Assembly (NCBI GenBank): GCA_048941265.1
Contig: JBHLNT010000001.1
Coordinates: 32,001-96,000, forward strand
Source of the DNA: Promethearchaeota archaeon
GTDB taxonomy: Archaea; Asgardarchaeota; Lokiarchaeia; Sigyniarchaeales; SOKP01
Length of the DNA stretch: 64,000 nucleotides
Direction of reading: 5' to 3'
Part shown: positions 48,458-59,341 of the stretch, piece after piece
How the letters are laid out: every line of letters begins with the position of its first letter
Numbering within the stretch: position 1 is the first letter of the stretch
Program-made: the position numbers and the translations under genes
The notes under the pieces: generated by a model
Told to the model about the DNA's origin: nothing
The model's database searches: none
Seen by the model: the letters and a program-made list of their open reading frames with translations, nothing else

Positions 48458-49141
48458 CTAAAAATTATAATATTTTCCTTTATCCTTCAGCCTATAAAAT
48501 CCAAATCGTTCTCTCCTTCTATCTCTCATCGCTAAACTTTGCCAATTCATATCTTTAGTATAGAATTCAAATTTATGAAGTTTTAATGCATCATATAATT
48601 TAAATCTCAAATTACCTATACGAATCTTTATTAGATTTTCCCCTTCTGCCTTTAAAGGATTATATAAAGCAAATACAAAGAATTCGAGGTTATCTAGATT
48701 CAAATCTTTTGCTACTTTTATTGCTATGTCATGAGTAGCTTGATGGTCGGGATGTTTATTGTTCCCACTTGGAATCACAAATCTTGTTGCTTCCTTAACA
48801 ATATCTTTAATTTTCTCTACAGCATCATTAATATGCTCTTTTAATTCTTGATCATAGAACTTCAAGAAATGCCTATTTTCTTTTTTAACACCCAAGAATT
48901 TACCTGCAGCATCTGCTTCTAATAATCTAATTCTTGCTAACTCTTCCTCGGTTATTTTAGTTTCCTCGCAATCTTCAAGCTCACCTAACTCTCTCGCTTT
49001 TCGATAACCAGCTCTTCCATCTGTAAACCAAATGATATGAACCTCATGTCCTTCTTCAAGCCATTTCATGATTGATCCCCCTGCTCCAAAACATTCATCA
49101 TCCGGATGGGGTGCAAACACAAAAATTTTAATGATATTCAC
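48458..49141 (-). CDS. PIG-L/LmbE family N-deacetylase
   Basis: APHPDDE, TDG, R..EA, HPDH. Confidence 0.9.
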   Translation of the reverse strand: MNIIKIFVFAPHPDDECFGAGGSIMKWLEEGHEVHIIWFTDGRAGYRKARELGELEDCEETKITEEELARIRLLEADAAGKFLGVKKENRHFLKFYDQELKEHINDAVEKIKDIVKEATRFVIPSGNNKHPDHQATHDIAIKVAKDLNLDNLEFFVFALYNPLKAEGENLIKIRIGNLRFKLYDALKLHKFEFYTKDMNWQSLAMRDRRRERFGFYRLKDKGKYYNF

Positions 49142-49350
49142 TTAAATCTGTAATTTTATTGTATAACTATTATTTTCGAGAATATAATAGATTATTCCCT
49201 AAATTTATTATATAGAATTAAAAACTATTTAAAATAGAATAAGAATATGTAAAAAATTGCTCCATTAGCAATCTTTATATTTTTATTTAAAGAATTATAT
49301 ATTTAATAAATATTTTATAAATTAAGTGATCTTAATAGGAGAAAATTAAA

Positions 49351-50811
49351 ATGAGTGAGGATATCGGTATAGGTGAAAAGGAAACTTATGCACATTCAAA
49401 ATATATCATGGCTAGTTATGGTTCCAGAGAAATGTTTGGCCAATGGATCGCAGCAGCCTTTGGATTCATGGTTTTTTTCTATTATGAGGCAGTTGTAGGC
49501 TTAGATGTAGTTTTAGCTGCTTTTGCATATGTTTTATACTCAATTTGGAATGCGATTAATGATCCTTTTTTTGGATACATAATGGAAAAAATTCATATGC
49601 CCTGGGAAAAAAAATGGGGAATAAAAAGATTTCCATGGATAATTCTTGCAGCTTTCCCATGGTTAATTTCTTTCTCATTAATTTTTATGGTACCCGCTGA
49701 ATGGGACCCAGTATCCAATTCAAATGACAATTGGCCTGTATTTTTTTGGTTCTTAATTACTATATGCATTTACGATACTCTTAATACATTATTTGATGTA
49801 AATGTTCTGAGCCTCTATCCAGATAAATTCCAAGGTCTTAATGAACGTAGGACAGTCCAAGGATTTGGAACGATCTTAGGGATAATCGGACTTGTAATGG
49901 CAGCCACCATCCCGCCATTATTTATAACTACAGGAGTAAGAGAAACATACGTAACAGCCGCCCTCGTGACCACTAGTTTTGGAATGGTTATACTTTTAAT
50001 AGCAATTCCTGGAATTTGGGAAGATAGAAAAACAAGGGAACTTTATAAAGTAAGGCGTCAAAAATTAGAGCCTAAAGAATCAGAAAATTTTTTCAAGTCA
50101 GCTAAAATTGTAATTAATAACAAAAACTTTATAGCAAAAGTAACTCTTTTCTTTGGGTATCAAGTAGGGGCTGTTATGTTACAGTATTCCGCTTTTTATG
50201 TTGTTACATATATTCTAGATGAAGAAGCAATAGTTATTACTTATCTTTTAGGATCTATGCTTATTGGAGCTATTATCTCAATTCCAATTTGGGTTTTTCT
50301 TTCGCATAGGTTAAATAATAATAAAAAGATTAGCGTAATGGGTGCCATCGTAATGTTTGTTTCGTTTATTCCTATGATCTTTGTTTCTGATTTATTAGGT
50401 TGGATATTGCTTTTGATTCTTTTTGGAGTTGGACTTGGTGGTCAATGGTTTTCTGATCCTCCAACATTGGCAGATGTAATAGATGATGCAACTGTTAAAA
50501 CTGGAAAACGACAGCAAGCAATTTATTACGGTTTTCAAGCTTTTTTTATCCGATTAGGTTACGCAACAATTGCTGTTACCATTGCAATCGTACATTCATT
50601 AACAGGTTTCGTAGAGGGTGCTCCAAGTCTCGCAGAATTGAAAGCGAGAAGCCCAACGCCTGAATTAGCTTTATTCGGAATTCGAATCCATGCAGCCATA
50701 GTTCCAGCAATTTTAATTATAGTTACAGTGCTTATTTTCTGGAAATTTTACGACCTTACACCTGACCATGTTGCTAAAAATAAGGCCAAATTAAAAGAGC
50801 TTGGACTATAA
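49351..50811 (+). CDS. GPH / MFS_2 cation symporter (MelB/MFSD2-like)
   Basis: WNAINDPFFG, RFPW, ADVIDD..TGKRQQAIY. Confidence 0.92.
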   Translation: MSEDIGIGEKETYAHSKYIMASYGSREMFGQWIAAAFGFMVFFYYEAVVGLDVVLAAFAYVLYSIWNAINDPFFGYIMEKIHMPWEKKWGIKRFPWIILAAFPWLISFSLIFMVPAEWDPVSNSNDNWPVFFWFLITICIYDTLNTLFDVNVLSLYPDKFQGLNERRTVQGFGTILGIIGLVMAATIPPLFITTGVRETYVTAALVTTSFGMVILLIAIPGIWEDRKTRELYKVRRQKLEPKESENFFKSAKIVINNKNFIAKVTLFFGYQVGAVMLQYSAFYVVTYILDEEAIVITYLLGSMLIGAIISIPIWVFLSHRLNNNKKISVMGAIVMFVSFIPMIFVSDLLGWILLLILFGVGLGGQWFSDPPTLADVIDDATVKTGKRQQAIYYGFQAFFIRLGYATIAVTIAIVHSLTGFVEGAPSLAELKARSPTPELALFGIRIHAAIVPAILIIVTVLIFWKFYDLTPDHVAKNKAKLKELGL

Positions 50812-51005
50812 TAATATTTTTTTTAATTTTTTAATTTTTCATTCTTTTTGCTTAAAAGTATATCAATCCTTACAGCAATATTTAGATATATTTAAAATTA
50901 TTGAATCGATTGGTTTTGAGGGGAAAGTAAATAAAATTACAATTTAATTTTTATAATTACAAATTTGAAAAGAAAAAGAGTAAATAATAAAGTTTATTGG
51001 CTTAT

Positions 51006-52418
51006 CTAATTTTTTTCAATCTTTTGACAAATTCTATCTATTTTTTCTAAGGTTTTATCAACGATTTCATCAGTATGCTGCATACACGTATAAAATCTGC
51101 TACCTGCAACTGAAATTAAATCTTCGTCAATTAATGCTGCTCCCATTTGTTCCATAAAATGCTTTCTTTCTGTAATTTGTCCAATATGCTGCGGGTTTTT
51201 TAAGTCTAAACCAAATACACAACTAGTGTGAAAGTGGACAGTAGCGTTATAATTATATGAAAACCATGGTAGATTATGTTTTGCAAATAGTTCATTCATA
51301 CCTTCGGTCAATCTTGAAGCGGCTCTCCCTGCTTTTTCTGTAGCATTCGTTTCTTCAACAAGTTTAATTGCCCAATATGCAGCGGCACATGTTAAAGGAT
51401 TAGCTGCTATAGTTCCTCCAGTGTATGCTCTTTTTGCCCCTCCACCAACCCCCGCGGCAACCGTAGCCATGACATCTGCTCTCCCACCAAGAGCTGCAGC
51501 TGATGGATACCCATGCCCAACAATTTTTCCAAATACAGACAAATCTGGTGTGTACCCAAAATATGCCTGTCCCCCTCCCATGTGCAATCTAAAGGCACAT
51601 ACGACTTCATCCGATATTAATAGAGCACCATTTTCATGACATAATTCTTCTAATTCTTTATTAAATTCAGGTCTCACTGGCATTGCACCAGATTCACCGC
51701 CCATCGGTTCTATTATTACTGCAGCTACTTTACGTTTTTCTTTAAACATCCTCCTCATTTCCTCTATATCATTAGGAGGACAAGCGTCAATCCATTTGTA
51801 GATATCTTTAGGCATACCATGTGATTCTAAAGTTCCAGTACCGGGAATATGCATATCATAAACTAATTGATCACTCCACCCATGATAGCTCCCGCCCATT
51901 TTAATAACCCATTTCCGGTTAGTAAACGTCCTTGCGACCCTAATTGCTAACATATCAGCCTCAGTTCCTGTTTGTAACCATCTTATTATTTCACAGGAAG
52001 GAAAGTGTTTTTGTAGTGCCTCGGCGGCTAAATATTCATATTCTTGAGTTATACCGTGGCAAGGACCAATATCTCTTATAAGTTCTAATATTTTATCTGT
52101 ATGTGGCTTATAATTATGGCCTAAAATAATCGGTCCTCCACACATAAGATAATCTGTTAGTACTACATCATCAATCGTTTCCATATAGCAGTCATATACC
52201 CGTTTACTAGTTAACGGAAAAGGATAATTGAAAGCAAGATTATGCTCCACACCACCTGGTAATATTTTCCTAGCTCTTTCAAAAGCTTCTTTAGATTTCG
52301 CATGATTTTTCTCATACCGCTCGACAATTGCTTTCAGTTCATCAGTTTTAAATTTGCTAACTGGTTGATTGACAATATTTTTGATTTTTGCTATTTGATC
52401 TTCATATTTCATACTCAT
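51006..52418 (-). CDS. Class III PLP aminotransferase (glutamate-1-semialdehyde aminomutase-like)
   Basis: GPIILGH, TGTEA, SYHGWSD, IIEP, SDEV, PDLSVFGKIVG (PLP Lys), GGTIAANP. Confidence 0.88.
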   Translation of the reverse strand: MSMKYEDQIAKIKNIVNQPVSKFKTDELKAIVERYEKNHAKSKEAFERARKILPGGVEHNLAFNYPFPLTSKRVYDCYMETIDDVVLTDYLMCGGPIILGHNYKPHTDKILELIRDIGPCHGITQEYEYLAAEALQKHFPSCEIIRWLQTGTEADMLAIRVARTFTNRKWVIKMGGSYHGWSDQLVYDMHIPGTGTLESHGMPKDIYKWIDACPPNDIEEMRRMFKEKRKVAAVIIEPMGGESGAMPVRPEFNKELEELCHENGALLISDEVVCAFRLHMGGGQAYFGYTPDLSVFGKIVGHGYPSAAALGGRADVMATVAAGVGGGAKRAYTGGTIAANPLTCAAAYWAIKLVEETNATEKAGRAASRLTEGMNELFAKHNLPWFSYNYNATVHFHTSCVFGLDLKNPQHIGQITERKHFMEQMGAALIDEDLISVAGSRFYTCMQHTDEIVDKTLEKIDRICQKIEKN

Positions 52419-52653
52419 TATAGCTCAATTTCCTAATTTTTAAGTTTTAGAATTTTAAGAGTCTTAATGATAAATTCTTATTTAAGTGAATTAATATAGG
52501 ATTCAAAAATAAGTTTTGGTTTAACATGATTTATCGAATATCAGTAAATATAAAATAAAAATGACTAATATCTTCGTTTTTTAAATTTAATAAAAAACTG
52601 TATAACTATGACAAAATAAAAATTAATTAACAAATACAGAATTAGTATTAATT

Positions 52654-54279
52654 ATGACAATTCAAGAAAAGAAATATATTTTAGCCATTGACCATGGCAC
52701 ATCTGGAGCTAAAACTGCTATCTGTTCTACACATGGAGATGTAGTTGATTGGATTTTTGAGGAAGTACCACTACATGTTTTTGAAGGAGGTGGTGCTGAG
52801 CAAGACCCTAAAGATTGGTGGAATGCAATAATGAATACCGCTAAAAAACTTATTGATAAAGGGCATGTACCAGTTGAAGAAATCGTAGGTGTGTGTAATA
52901 CAAGTCAATGGTCGGGTACTGTGGCAGTAGATAAAAATGGAAATCATTTAATGAATGCCATCATATGGATGGATACCCGTGGTCAACCTTATATAAAGAA
53001 GCTTCATAAGAGTTTATTACAAGTAGATGGATATTCTATTCTTTTAGCTCTTAAATGGATTAAGATAACTGGTGGAGCTCCAACCTTATCAGGTAAGGAT
53101 CCTATTGCTCATATATTATGGATCAAAGATCAGCACCCTGACATTTACGAAAAAACATTTAATTTTTTAGAACCACACGATTTTATAAATCTTAAATTAA
53201 CAGGAAAATTTGCTGCTTCATTTGCGTCTATTCATAATCACTGGCTTACAGATATTAGAGATATTAAAAATATTACCTATTCCAAGAAATTAATAAAAAA
53301 AGCCAAAGTAACACCTGATAAATTTCCTTCTGAATTGAAAAATTCTATTGACGTTTTAGGACCAATCACAAAAGAAGTAGCTGATACATTAGGTTTAGAA
53401 AAGAGCACAAAAGTATTAATGGGTGCGCCTGATTTGCATGCCGCGACTATTGGTTCCGGGGCCGTGAGAGATTATGAAGGGCATCTTTGTATTGGTACTT
53501 CAGACTGGCTAATTTGTCATGTGCCATTTAAAAAGACAGATATGTTTCATGGGATGGCGAGTTTTCCATCAGCAATCCCTGGCAGATATTTTTTAGCTAA
53601 CGAACAGGAGATTGCGGGAGGAGCTTTATCTTATCTTAGAGATAATATTCTCTATCATAAAGATGAATTGTTAGGAGAAGAAGCTGTTCCTGACGTTTAC
53701 AAAATTTTCGATAAAATCGTAGAAAATACCCCTGCTGGAGCAAATAATCTTATTTTTACTCCATGGCTTTATGGAGAGAGAACCCCTATAGATGACCATA
53801 CAATTAGAGCGGGTTTGCATAACATTTCACTAAACACTACACGTGAACATTTAATACGAGCAGTATTTGAGGGAGTTGCCTATAATGTAAGATGGCTTTT
53901 TTTCTATGTAGAACAATTTATTAAGAAATGGGTAAAAAAAGAGAGGCCTGGCATGAAAAAAACTGATTTTATTATGCCTGAGATTAATATTATCGGTGGA
54001 GGTGCTAATAGTAATGTCTGGTGTCAAATTTTTGCAGATGTGCTTAATAGAAAAATAAAACAAGTAGAAAATCCAATACAAGCCAACGCGCGGGGTGCTG
54101 CATTTATAGCTTCGGTTGGTTTAGGTTATATTGATTGGGAGCATATCCCTAAACACGTTAAAATCTCAAACGTATTTACACCCAATCCTGAGAATAGACA
54201 ACTTTATGATAAACTTTACGCGGAGTATCTTAATATTTACAAACTTATGAAAAAGTGGTATAAACGCCTTAATGAATAA
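52654..54279 (+). CDS. FGGY-family carbohydrate kinase (xylulokinase-like)
   Basis: AIDHGTSGAK, AEQDP, WMDTR, IGTS, PWLYGERTP, RAVFEGVA, GGGA. Confidence 0.92.
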   Translation: MTIQEKKYILAIDHGTSGAKTAICSTHGDVVDWIFEEVPLHVFEGGGAEQDPKDWWNAIMNTAKKLIDKGHVPVEEIVGVCNTSQWSGTVAVDKNGNHLMNAIIWMDTRGQPYIKKLHKSLLQVDGYSILLALKWIKITGGAPTLSGKDPIAHILWIKDQHPDIYEKTFNFLEPHDFINLKLTGKFAASFASIHNHWLTDIRDIKNITYSKKLIKKAKVTPDKFPSELKNSIDVLGPITKEVADTLGLEKSTKVLMGAPDLHAATIGSGAVRDYEGHLCIGTSDWLICHVPFKKTDMFHGMASFPSAIPGRYFLANEQEIAGGALSYLRDNILYHKDELLGEEAVPDVYKIFDKIVENTPAGANNLIFTPWLYGERTPIDDHTIRAGLHNISLNTTREHLIRAVFEGVAYNVRWLFFYVEQFIKKWVKKERPGMKKTDFIMPEINIIGGGANSNVWCQIFADVLNRKIKQVENPIQANARGAAFIASVGLGYIDWEHIPKHVKISNVFTPNPENRQLYDKLYAEYLNIYKLMKKWYKRLNE

Positions 54280-54450
54280 ATTATACCAACAGTTTTCTAT
54301 ATTACATCAAGTAGAAATACTTTTTTTTATTTTATTTGTTAATATTAAATTTCTTTTTAATTATTTACTGGAATAGTCAGTTTTTATAACCTATGGATAA
54401 TTAATTATTTAAATATTACACTATACAATTGAATAATATTAACAGTAAAA

Positions 54451-55317
54451 TTGGCGATAAAAATGGTAAAGGATGAATTAATTGAAGCTCAACCTTTTAA
54501 GGGAAAGGTTGCCGTAATTCCCGGAGGTTCTAAGGGAATGGGAAAGGCTATAGCTAAGGTTTTTGTCCAATTAGGAGGGAGCGTATGCCTTATAGCAAGA
54601 GGCATTGAAACATTAAAAGAAACTGAGGAAGAATGTAATAAGTTAAAGACTGAAGATTCCCAATTTGTTGAAATTATTTCCTGTGATACAACCGATATGG
54701 ATAAATTAAAGCCACTTTTAACAGATTTTATTAATAAACGCGGAGTTCCCGATTATCTTTTCAATTTTGTAGGTTATGCGTATGCACAATACCTTGAGAA
54801 GTTAACACTTGAAGACTTTAAAAATAATATGAACGTAAATTATTATGGCCAGTTAGTTCCTACTCTCATAATCATGCCTCATTTTATGGAAGCTAAAAAG
54901 GGATATATTACTTTTACATCTTCAGTTATGGGATTTATGGCAATCATGGGATATGCAACTTATGTACCAAGTAAGTATGCCATTTTTGGCTTAGCTGAAG
55001 TATTAAGGCATGAATTATTACCTTATAACATTAAAGTTTCAATATTATTTCCTGTAGATACTGATACCCCAGGATTAGCGGAAGAGAATAAAATAAAACC
55101 AGAAGAATGCAAAATTATTTCAGAATCAAGCACACTTATGACCGCAGAAGAAGTAGCTGATAAATTTATTGAGGATATTTTAGAAGAGAATTTTGAGATT
55201 TTACCTGGTGAAGCTAAAATGCAATTAAAATCGATGCGAGAAAATCCTGACGATATTCGTGGAGTAACAGACATGCTTTATAAAAGAGCAAGGAGAAAAA
55301 CTAAAAAAAAGATTTAA
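54451..55317 (+). CDS. SDR oxidoreductase, 3-ketodihydrosphingosine reductase (KDSR/Tsc10)-like
   Basis: GGSKGMG, YVPSK catalytic motif, KDSR-type FPVDTDTPGLAEENKIKPEECKIISE; ATG 54463 possible start. Confidence 0.85.
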   Translation: MAIKMVKDELIEAQPFKGKVAVIPGGSKGMGKAIAKVFVQLGGSVCLIARGIETLKETEEECNKLKTEDSQFVEIISCDTTDMDKLKPLLTDFINKRGVPDYLFNFVGYAYAQYLEKLTLEDFKNNMNVNYYGQLVPTLIIMPHFMEAKKGYITFTSSVMGFMAIMGYATYVPSKYAIFGLAEVLRHELLPYNIKVSILFPVDTDTPGLAEENKIKPEECKIISESSTLMTAEEVADKFIEDILEENFEILPGEAKMQLKSMRENPDDIRGVTDMLYKRARRKTKKKI

Positions 55318-55444
55318 TTTCATATTTTTTCATATCTTCTTTATTTTTGAGAGCACGTAGAAAAAGTAATTTAAAAGATAATTAAGCAAATTATTACTAA
55401 TTTTTTTAAGAAAATTTTATAAAAATTAAAGTGGAGAAAATTAT

Positions 55445-56857
55445 ATGAGTTCTGAAAATGAATTTATTGAAAAATTACCAAAAAGGTCAAAAGTAGCTTA
55501 CGGAGGTGCAAATACTTCAAGTAACATTTTATCTGGTATTGGATTCGCTGCCATTACCTTTTATTATAACGTTAAATTAGGATTAAGCGCGGAACTAATC
55601 GGAATTGCTTGGTTAATTTTTGCAGTTTGGAATGCTATAAATGATCCCTTATTTGGATATATTGAAGATAGAACTAAATCAAGATGGGGACGTCGAATCC
55701 CTTATCTTCGATTTGGTGCACCAGTGTATTGTATTTTATTTATATTAATCTGGTTTCCACTTGTAGATATTACAAATGAAATTGCGCTGTTTTTATATCT
55801 ATTGTTTATTCTTTTTGCATTTGACACAATATTTACCATAATCGGATTGATAACTTATTCATTACCTGCTGAAATGGCAATCTCTTCGAAAGAGCGAGCG
55901 AGTTTGTTAGTTTATTCCACTTTAATTGGATCGATCGGTTATATAGTCACATATGTATTACCTGTTTTATTACTTACAGGGGGAGATTCAACGGGAATCG
56001 ACCCAAGCTTTATAATAATTATGAGTATAATAGGTATAACCTGCAGTTTAGTCTTATTTATATCAAGCTATTTCATTAAGGATTATAGATTTGTCCGACT
56101 CGAAGAACCATTAGGAGTAATTGATGCTGTTAAAGAAACTTTCAAAAACAAACCATTTTTAATTTTTGAAACAACTGTTTTTGCGATGTTAGTAGCACAA
56201 ACCATCCTGCTTACTGCAATTTTTTATTATATTGATTTTGTTTTAGAATTAAGTGGAATTTTGTCCATTATACCGATTTTACTTGTAATTCTAATGATCT
56301 TCGCATTCGTTTATATTTTTAGTAAATTAATAAAAAAATACGGTGTTAAAAAGGTCTACATTTTAGGCTTAATTTTAACTGGCTTGGGATTTATCTCATT
56401 ATTAATTCTAGGATGGAGTTTAAGTACAGCTATAATTAGTTTAATATTGATTGGAATTGGACTTTCAGACGTAGTAATTACAGTTCAAATAATTTTTGCA
56501 GATACTGTAGATTATGACGAGGTCCGTACTGGAAAGCGTAGAGAAACTACATATTCTGGAATGGAAGCTTTAATTACAAAACCAGCAATTTCACTAGCAA
56601 ATTGGCTTTTCCTTATTACTATCTCTTATTATGGATTTCAAGAAACTGCTAAAACTCAATCAGATAGCGCGATATTAGGGATAATGATCGGCTTAACTAT
56701 AATACCAGCGATTTTTGTATTGGTAAGTGCTGTAATCATGAAATTTTACCCCTTGGATGGCCCTGAATGGATTGAGCAGAAATTAAAATTAAATCGAATT
56801 CATGAGGAGAAAGAAAAAGAATATATTAAATTTTTAAGAGAACAGGGTGAAATCTAA
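55445..56857 (+). CDS. GPH / MFS_2 cation symporter (MelB/MFSD2-like)
   Basis: WNAINDPLFGYIEDRTKSRWGRRIPY, ADTVDYDEVRTGKRRE. Confidence 0.92.
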   Translation: MSSENEFIEKLPKRSKVAYGGANTSSNILSGIGFAAITFYYNVKLGLSAELIGIAWLIFAVWNAINDPLFGYIEDRTKSRWGRRIPYLRFGAPVYCILFILIWFPLVDITNEIALFLYLLFILFAFDTIFTIIGLITYSLPAEMAISSKERASLLVYSTLIGSIGYIVTYVLPVLLLTGGDSTGIDPSFIIIMSIIGITCSLVLFISSYFIKDYRFVRLEEPLGVIDAVKETFKNKPFLIFETTVFAMLVAQTILLTAIFYYIDFVLELSGILSIIPILLVILMIFAFVYIFSKLIKKYGVKKVYILGLILTGLGFISLLILGWSLSTAIISLILIGIGLSDVVITVQIIFADTVDYDEVRTGKRRETTYSGMEALITKPAISLANWLFLITISYYGFQETAKTQSDSAILGIMIGLTIIPAIFVLVSAVIMKFYPLDGPEWIEQKLKLNRIHEEKEKEYIKFLREQGEI

Positions 56858-56874
56858 GTATTTAAATAGAAAAA

Positions 56875-57180
56875 TCATGGAACTACAATAGATTTTACTC
56901 CTTTATATTTATTTTCTTTTTCAAATGCTTCTGCTACGTTATTAATTTTATATTTAGTTGTTACTATTTTATCTACTGGTATCACTCTATCAAGTGCCAT
57001 TTCGAGAAATTTAAGCGCTACATCGAATGTTTGGTGAGGAATAGCAAATTGCCCTATTAAAGCGATATCATTAAAACATAGATATTGAAATGGGCTTATT
57101 TCTACTTTACCAGTTTCAATGAAATTACCTAATTCTAGATAAGTTCCCCCTCGACGAGCCATTTCCAAACCTTCTGTCTT
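56875..57180 (-). pseudogene. C-terminal fragment of a Zn-dependent (MDR) alcohol dehydrogenase
   Basis: EGLEMARRGGTYLELG..IVTTKY..AEAF..GVKSIVVP is the MDR C-terminus; in-frame TAG at 57199-57201, no catalytic or Rossmann N-terminal part. Confidence 0.75.
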
Positions 57181-57295
57181 ACCATCTCTTCTTATTACCT
57201 AAAATAATTATTTATCAGATCTTAAATAGATTAATTATTCATATATATATTAATTCAAGAAAGTCTTTCAACAAAAAAAAAAAAATTGGAGTAAT

Positions 57296-59155
57296 TTAAC
57301 CTTTAATTTCTTTACCTTTCTCCATTTTATCGAGATCTTTTTCCTGTAATTCTCTACGTTGAACCTTTCCAGTCATGGAAACGGGCATTTTTCTCACGAA
57401 TTCGATCATGCTAGGTGATTTCCATTTCGCCATGTTATTTAAGCACCATTCTTTCAATTGGTCACTAGTTATATCCTTCCCCTCCTTGAAGCCTTTCTTA
57501 AGAGTTACCCATGCTTTAACTTTTTCACCCATCATTTCGTCGGGCAACCCAGCAACAGCAACCTCATCAATCATCTCATGATGTCCCATCAAATCTTCGA
57601 CTTCTTTTGGAAAAACGCTATGTCCGGAGACTTTTATCAAGGATTTCTTGCGATCTCGAATCTCAACGAAGCCATGCTCGTCCATGAATCCGATATCACC
57701 GGATAAAAGCCATCTTTGACCATTCCACATTTTTATGTTATCTTCTTGTTCTCTCTGTACACCTAAATATCCTAACATTATATGTGGTCCGGCAATGCAT
57801 ATTTCACCTGTATTTTCAACACCAAAATTATTCATCTCTGGCGTTCCATCGCAAATCGGACCTTTATCAAAATCATCTGCGGGAAATATTGCCCAATCAA
57901 CACCCGGAATTGGTAATCCTAATTTTCCATCTTTAGAGGGGCCCCAGAAAGGATTTATACTTGTTACAGGTGAAGTTTCGGTTAATCCATATCCTACTCT
58001 TATGGGACAAAAGATCTTTTCAAACGGAAGTCGAACGTAGTCGTGGAGTGGTCCTGCGCCCTGTGTTGCATATTTCATTTTTTTATGAAAGTCATATTTC
58101 TTCTTATACTCTTCCTCTCCCATCTCTTCAACATAATCAGTTAACCTTTTAAACAACATCTCTACTCCTGTATATATAATTCCTTTAGGAGCGTCGAGTT
58201 TTGTGATTGTTTCAGATAAAACATCATCTGTGGGAGGTCTTGGGAAGAGAAGCATAACCATCCCCAATGCTAAAGCACCATTCATTACGCAAGTCATACC
58301 AAAGCTATGGAAAAAAGGAATACTACCAATTGTTATCATACCGGGTTCTAAATTTGTCCAGGGTTTTATCATGTATAAATTAGCAACTAAGTTTGCATGA
58401 CTTAGCATTGCAACCTTAGGTAACCCCGTCGTACCACCCGTCATTAAAAAACATGCAGAATCCGTCCAAGGATCAATATCTACTGTTATTTCCCGTGGTT
58501 CTGTTTCTTCCACTATCTTTTTCATCCGATATACTTTATATTGATCAGCTTCATCCGGAACTTTATCTTGAAAGCTAGGAATAGTACCTCTTAGAGCATC
58601 AAAAATAGCACCGCTAGCCGTCACAAAATCTAATAAATTTGTGGAGATAACGGAATGTACCTTTGTTTTTGGCAGAATACTATTAGGTCCCGCAATATAC
58701 AACGCATCCATCATAACAAAGACTTTAGCATCTGTCATACTTAAAGAATGTAATAATTCCATAGGACGATAAGTTGGATTAATACCCTGAGCAACCGCAC
58801 CAATATATTGACATCCCATGTAAGCAACTACGAAATTTATGGAGTTTGGAAGATCAATAGCAACAACATCTCCCTTTCGGATCCCTAATTTATCATAAAG
58901 AAATGTTCCAAACTTTTTCGCCATATTAAATAAAGCTCTAAATGTCACTTTTTCCATATATGGTCCTAATACGGAAATACAAACTACTCGGTCCCAAACA
59001 TCATTATCATCTGCAGACTTTATAAAATTATCCCATAATGGAGCTATTTCTATACCTTCAATATCTTTTATTTGATGAGGTACGCCTTCAGGCCAATATC
59101 CGCCAGTGAACCACACTTTTTTTTCATTCACTAAAAAGTCGTCTAAACTTGTCAT
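57296..59155 (-). CDS. fadD: Long-chain fatty acid-CoA ligase (AMP-binding)
   Basis: MTGGTTGLPK, GYGLTETSP, SGDIG, DRKK, TGKV. Confidence 0.9.
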   Translation of the reverse strand: MTSLDDFLVNEKKVWFTGGYWPEGVPHQIKDIEGIEIAPLWDNFIKSADDNDVWDRVVCISVLGPYMEKVTFRALFNMAKKFGTFLYDKLGIRKGDVVAIDLPNSINFVVAYMGCQYIGAVAQGINPTYRPMELLHSLSMTDAKVFVMMDALYIAGPNSILPKTKVHSVISTNLLDFVTASGAIFDALRGTIPSFQDKVPDEADQYKVYRMKKIVEETEPREITVDIDPWTDSACFLMTGGTTGLPKVAMLSHANLVANLYMIKPWTNLEPGMITIGSIPFFHSFGMTCVMNGALALGMVMLLFPRPPTDDVLSETITKLDAPKGIIYTGVEMLFKRLTDYVEEMGEEEYKKKYDFHKKMKYATQGAGPLHDYVRLPFEKIFCPIRVGYGLTETSPVTSINPFWGPSKDGKLGLPIPGVDWAIFPADDFDKGPICDGTPEMNNFGVENTGEICIAGPHIMLGYLGVQREQEDNIKMWNGQRWLLSGDIGFMDEHGFVEIRDRKKSLIKVSGHSVFPKEVEDLMGHHEMIDEVAVAGLPDEMMGEKVKAWVTLKKGFKEGKDITSDQLKEWCLNNMAKWKSPSMIEFVRKMPVSMTGKVQRRELQEKDLDKMEKGKEIKG

Positions 59156-59341
59156 ATCTTTTCACATTATTTTTTTTTAAGATTATTGTTTATCAATAAA
59201 CTATACGTTTATTAACAATCTCATAAAGAATGCATTGGATTAAAAATTATGCTTGAAATTAGAATAAAGAATAAACAATTCAATTGCATTTTCAATTCTT
59301 TAAATTATACGGACCTATGGTGGCTTAATTTATTTTAATTT

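Noticed and set aside
51006-52418. Calling the aminotransferase hemL or a serine palmitoyltransferase
   Set aside because: No tetrapyrrole genes nearby and it has an N-terminal extension; it is class III, whereas SPT belongs to the alpha-oxoamine synthase family
52654-54279. Calling the FGGY kinase glycerol kinase (a G3P source for the lipid operon)
   Set aside because: Has TSQWSG and WMDTR rather than the GlpK-type TNQRET and WQ motifs; looks xylulokinase-like
192-58400. Many short antisense or alternative-frame ORFs in the track (e.g. 1723..2019, 5327..5707, 26327..26665, 46433..46777, 57735..58040)
   Set aside because: They lie inside well-supported genes on the other strand or frame, have shadow-ORF composition and no motifs
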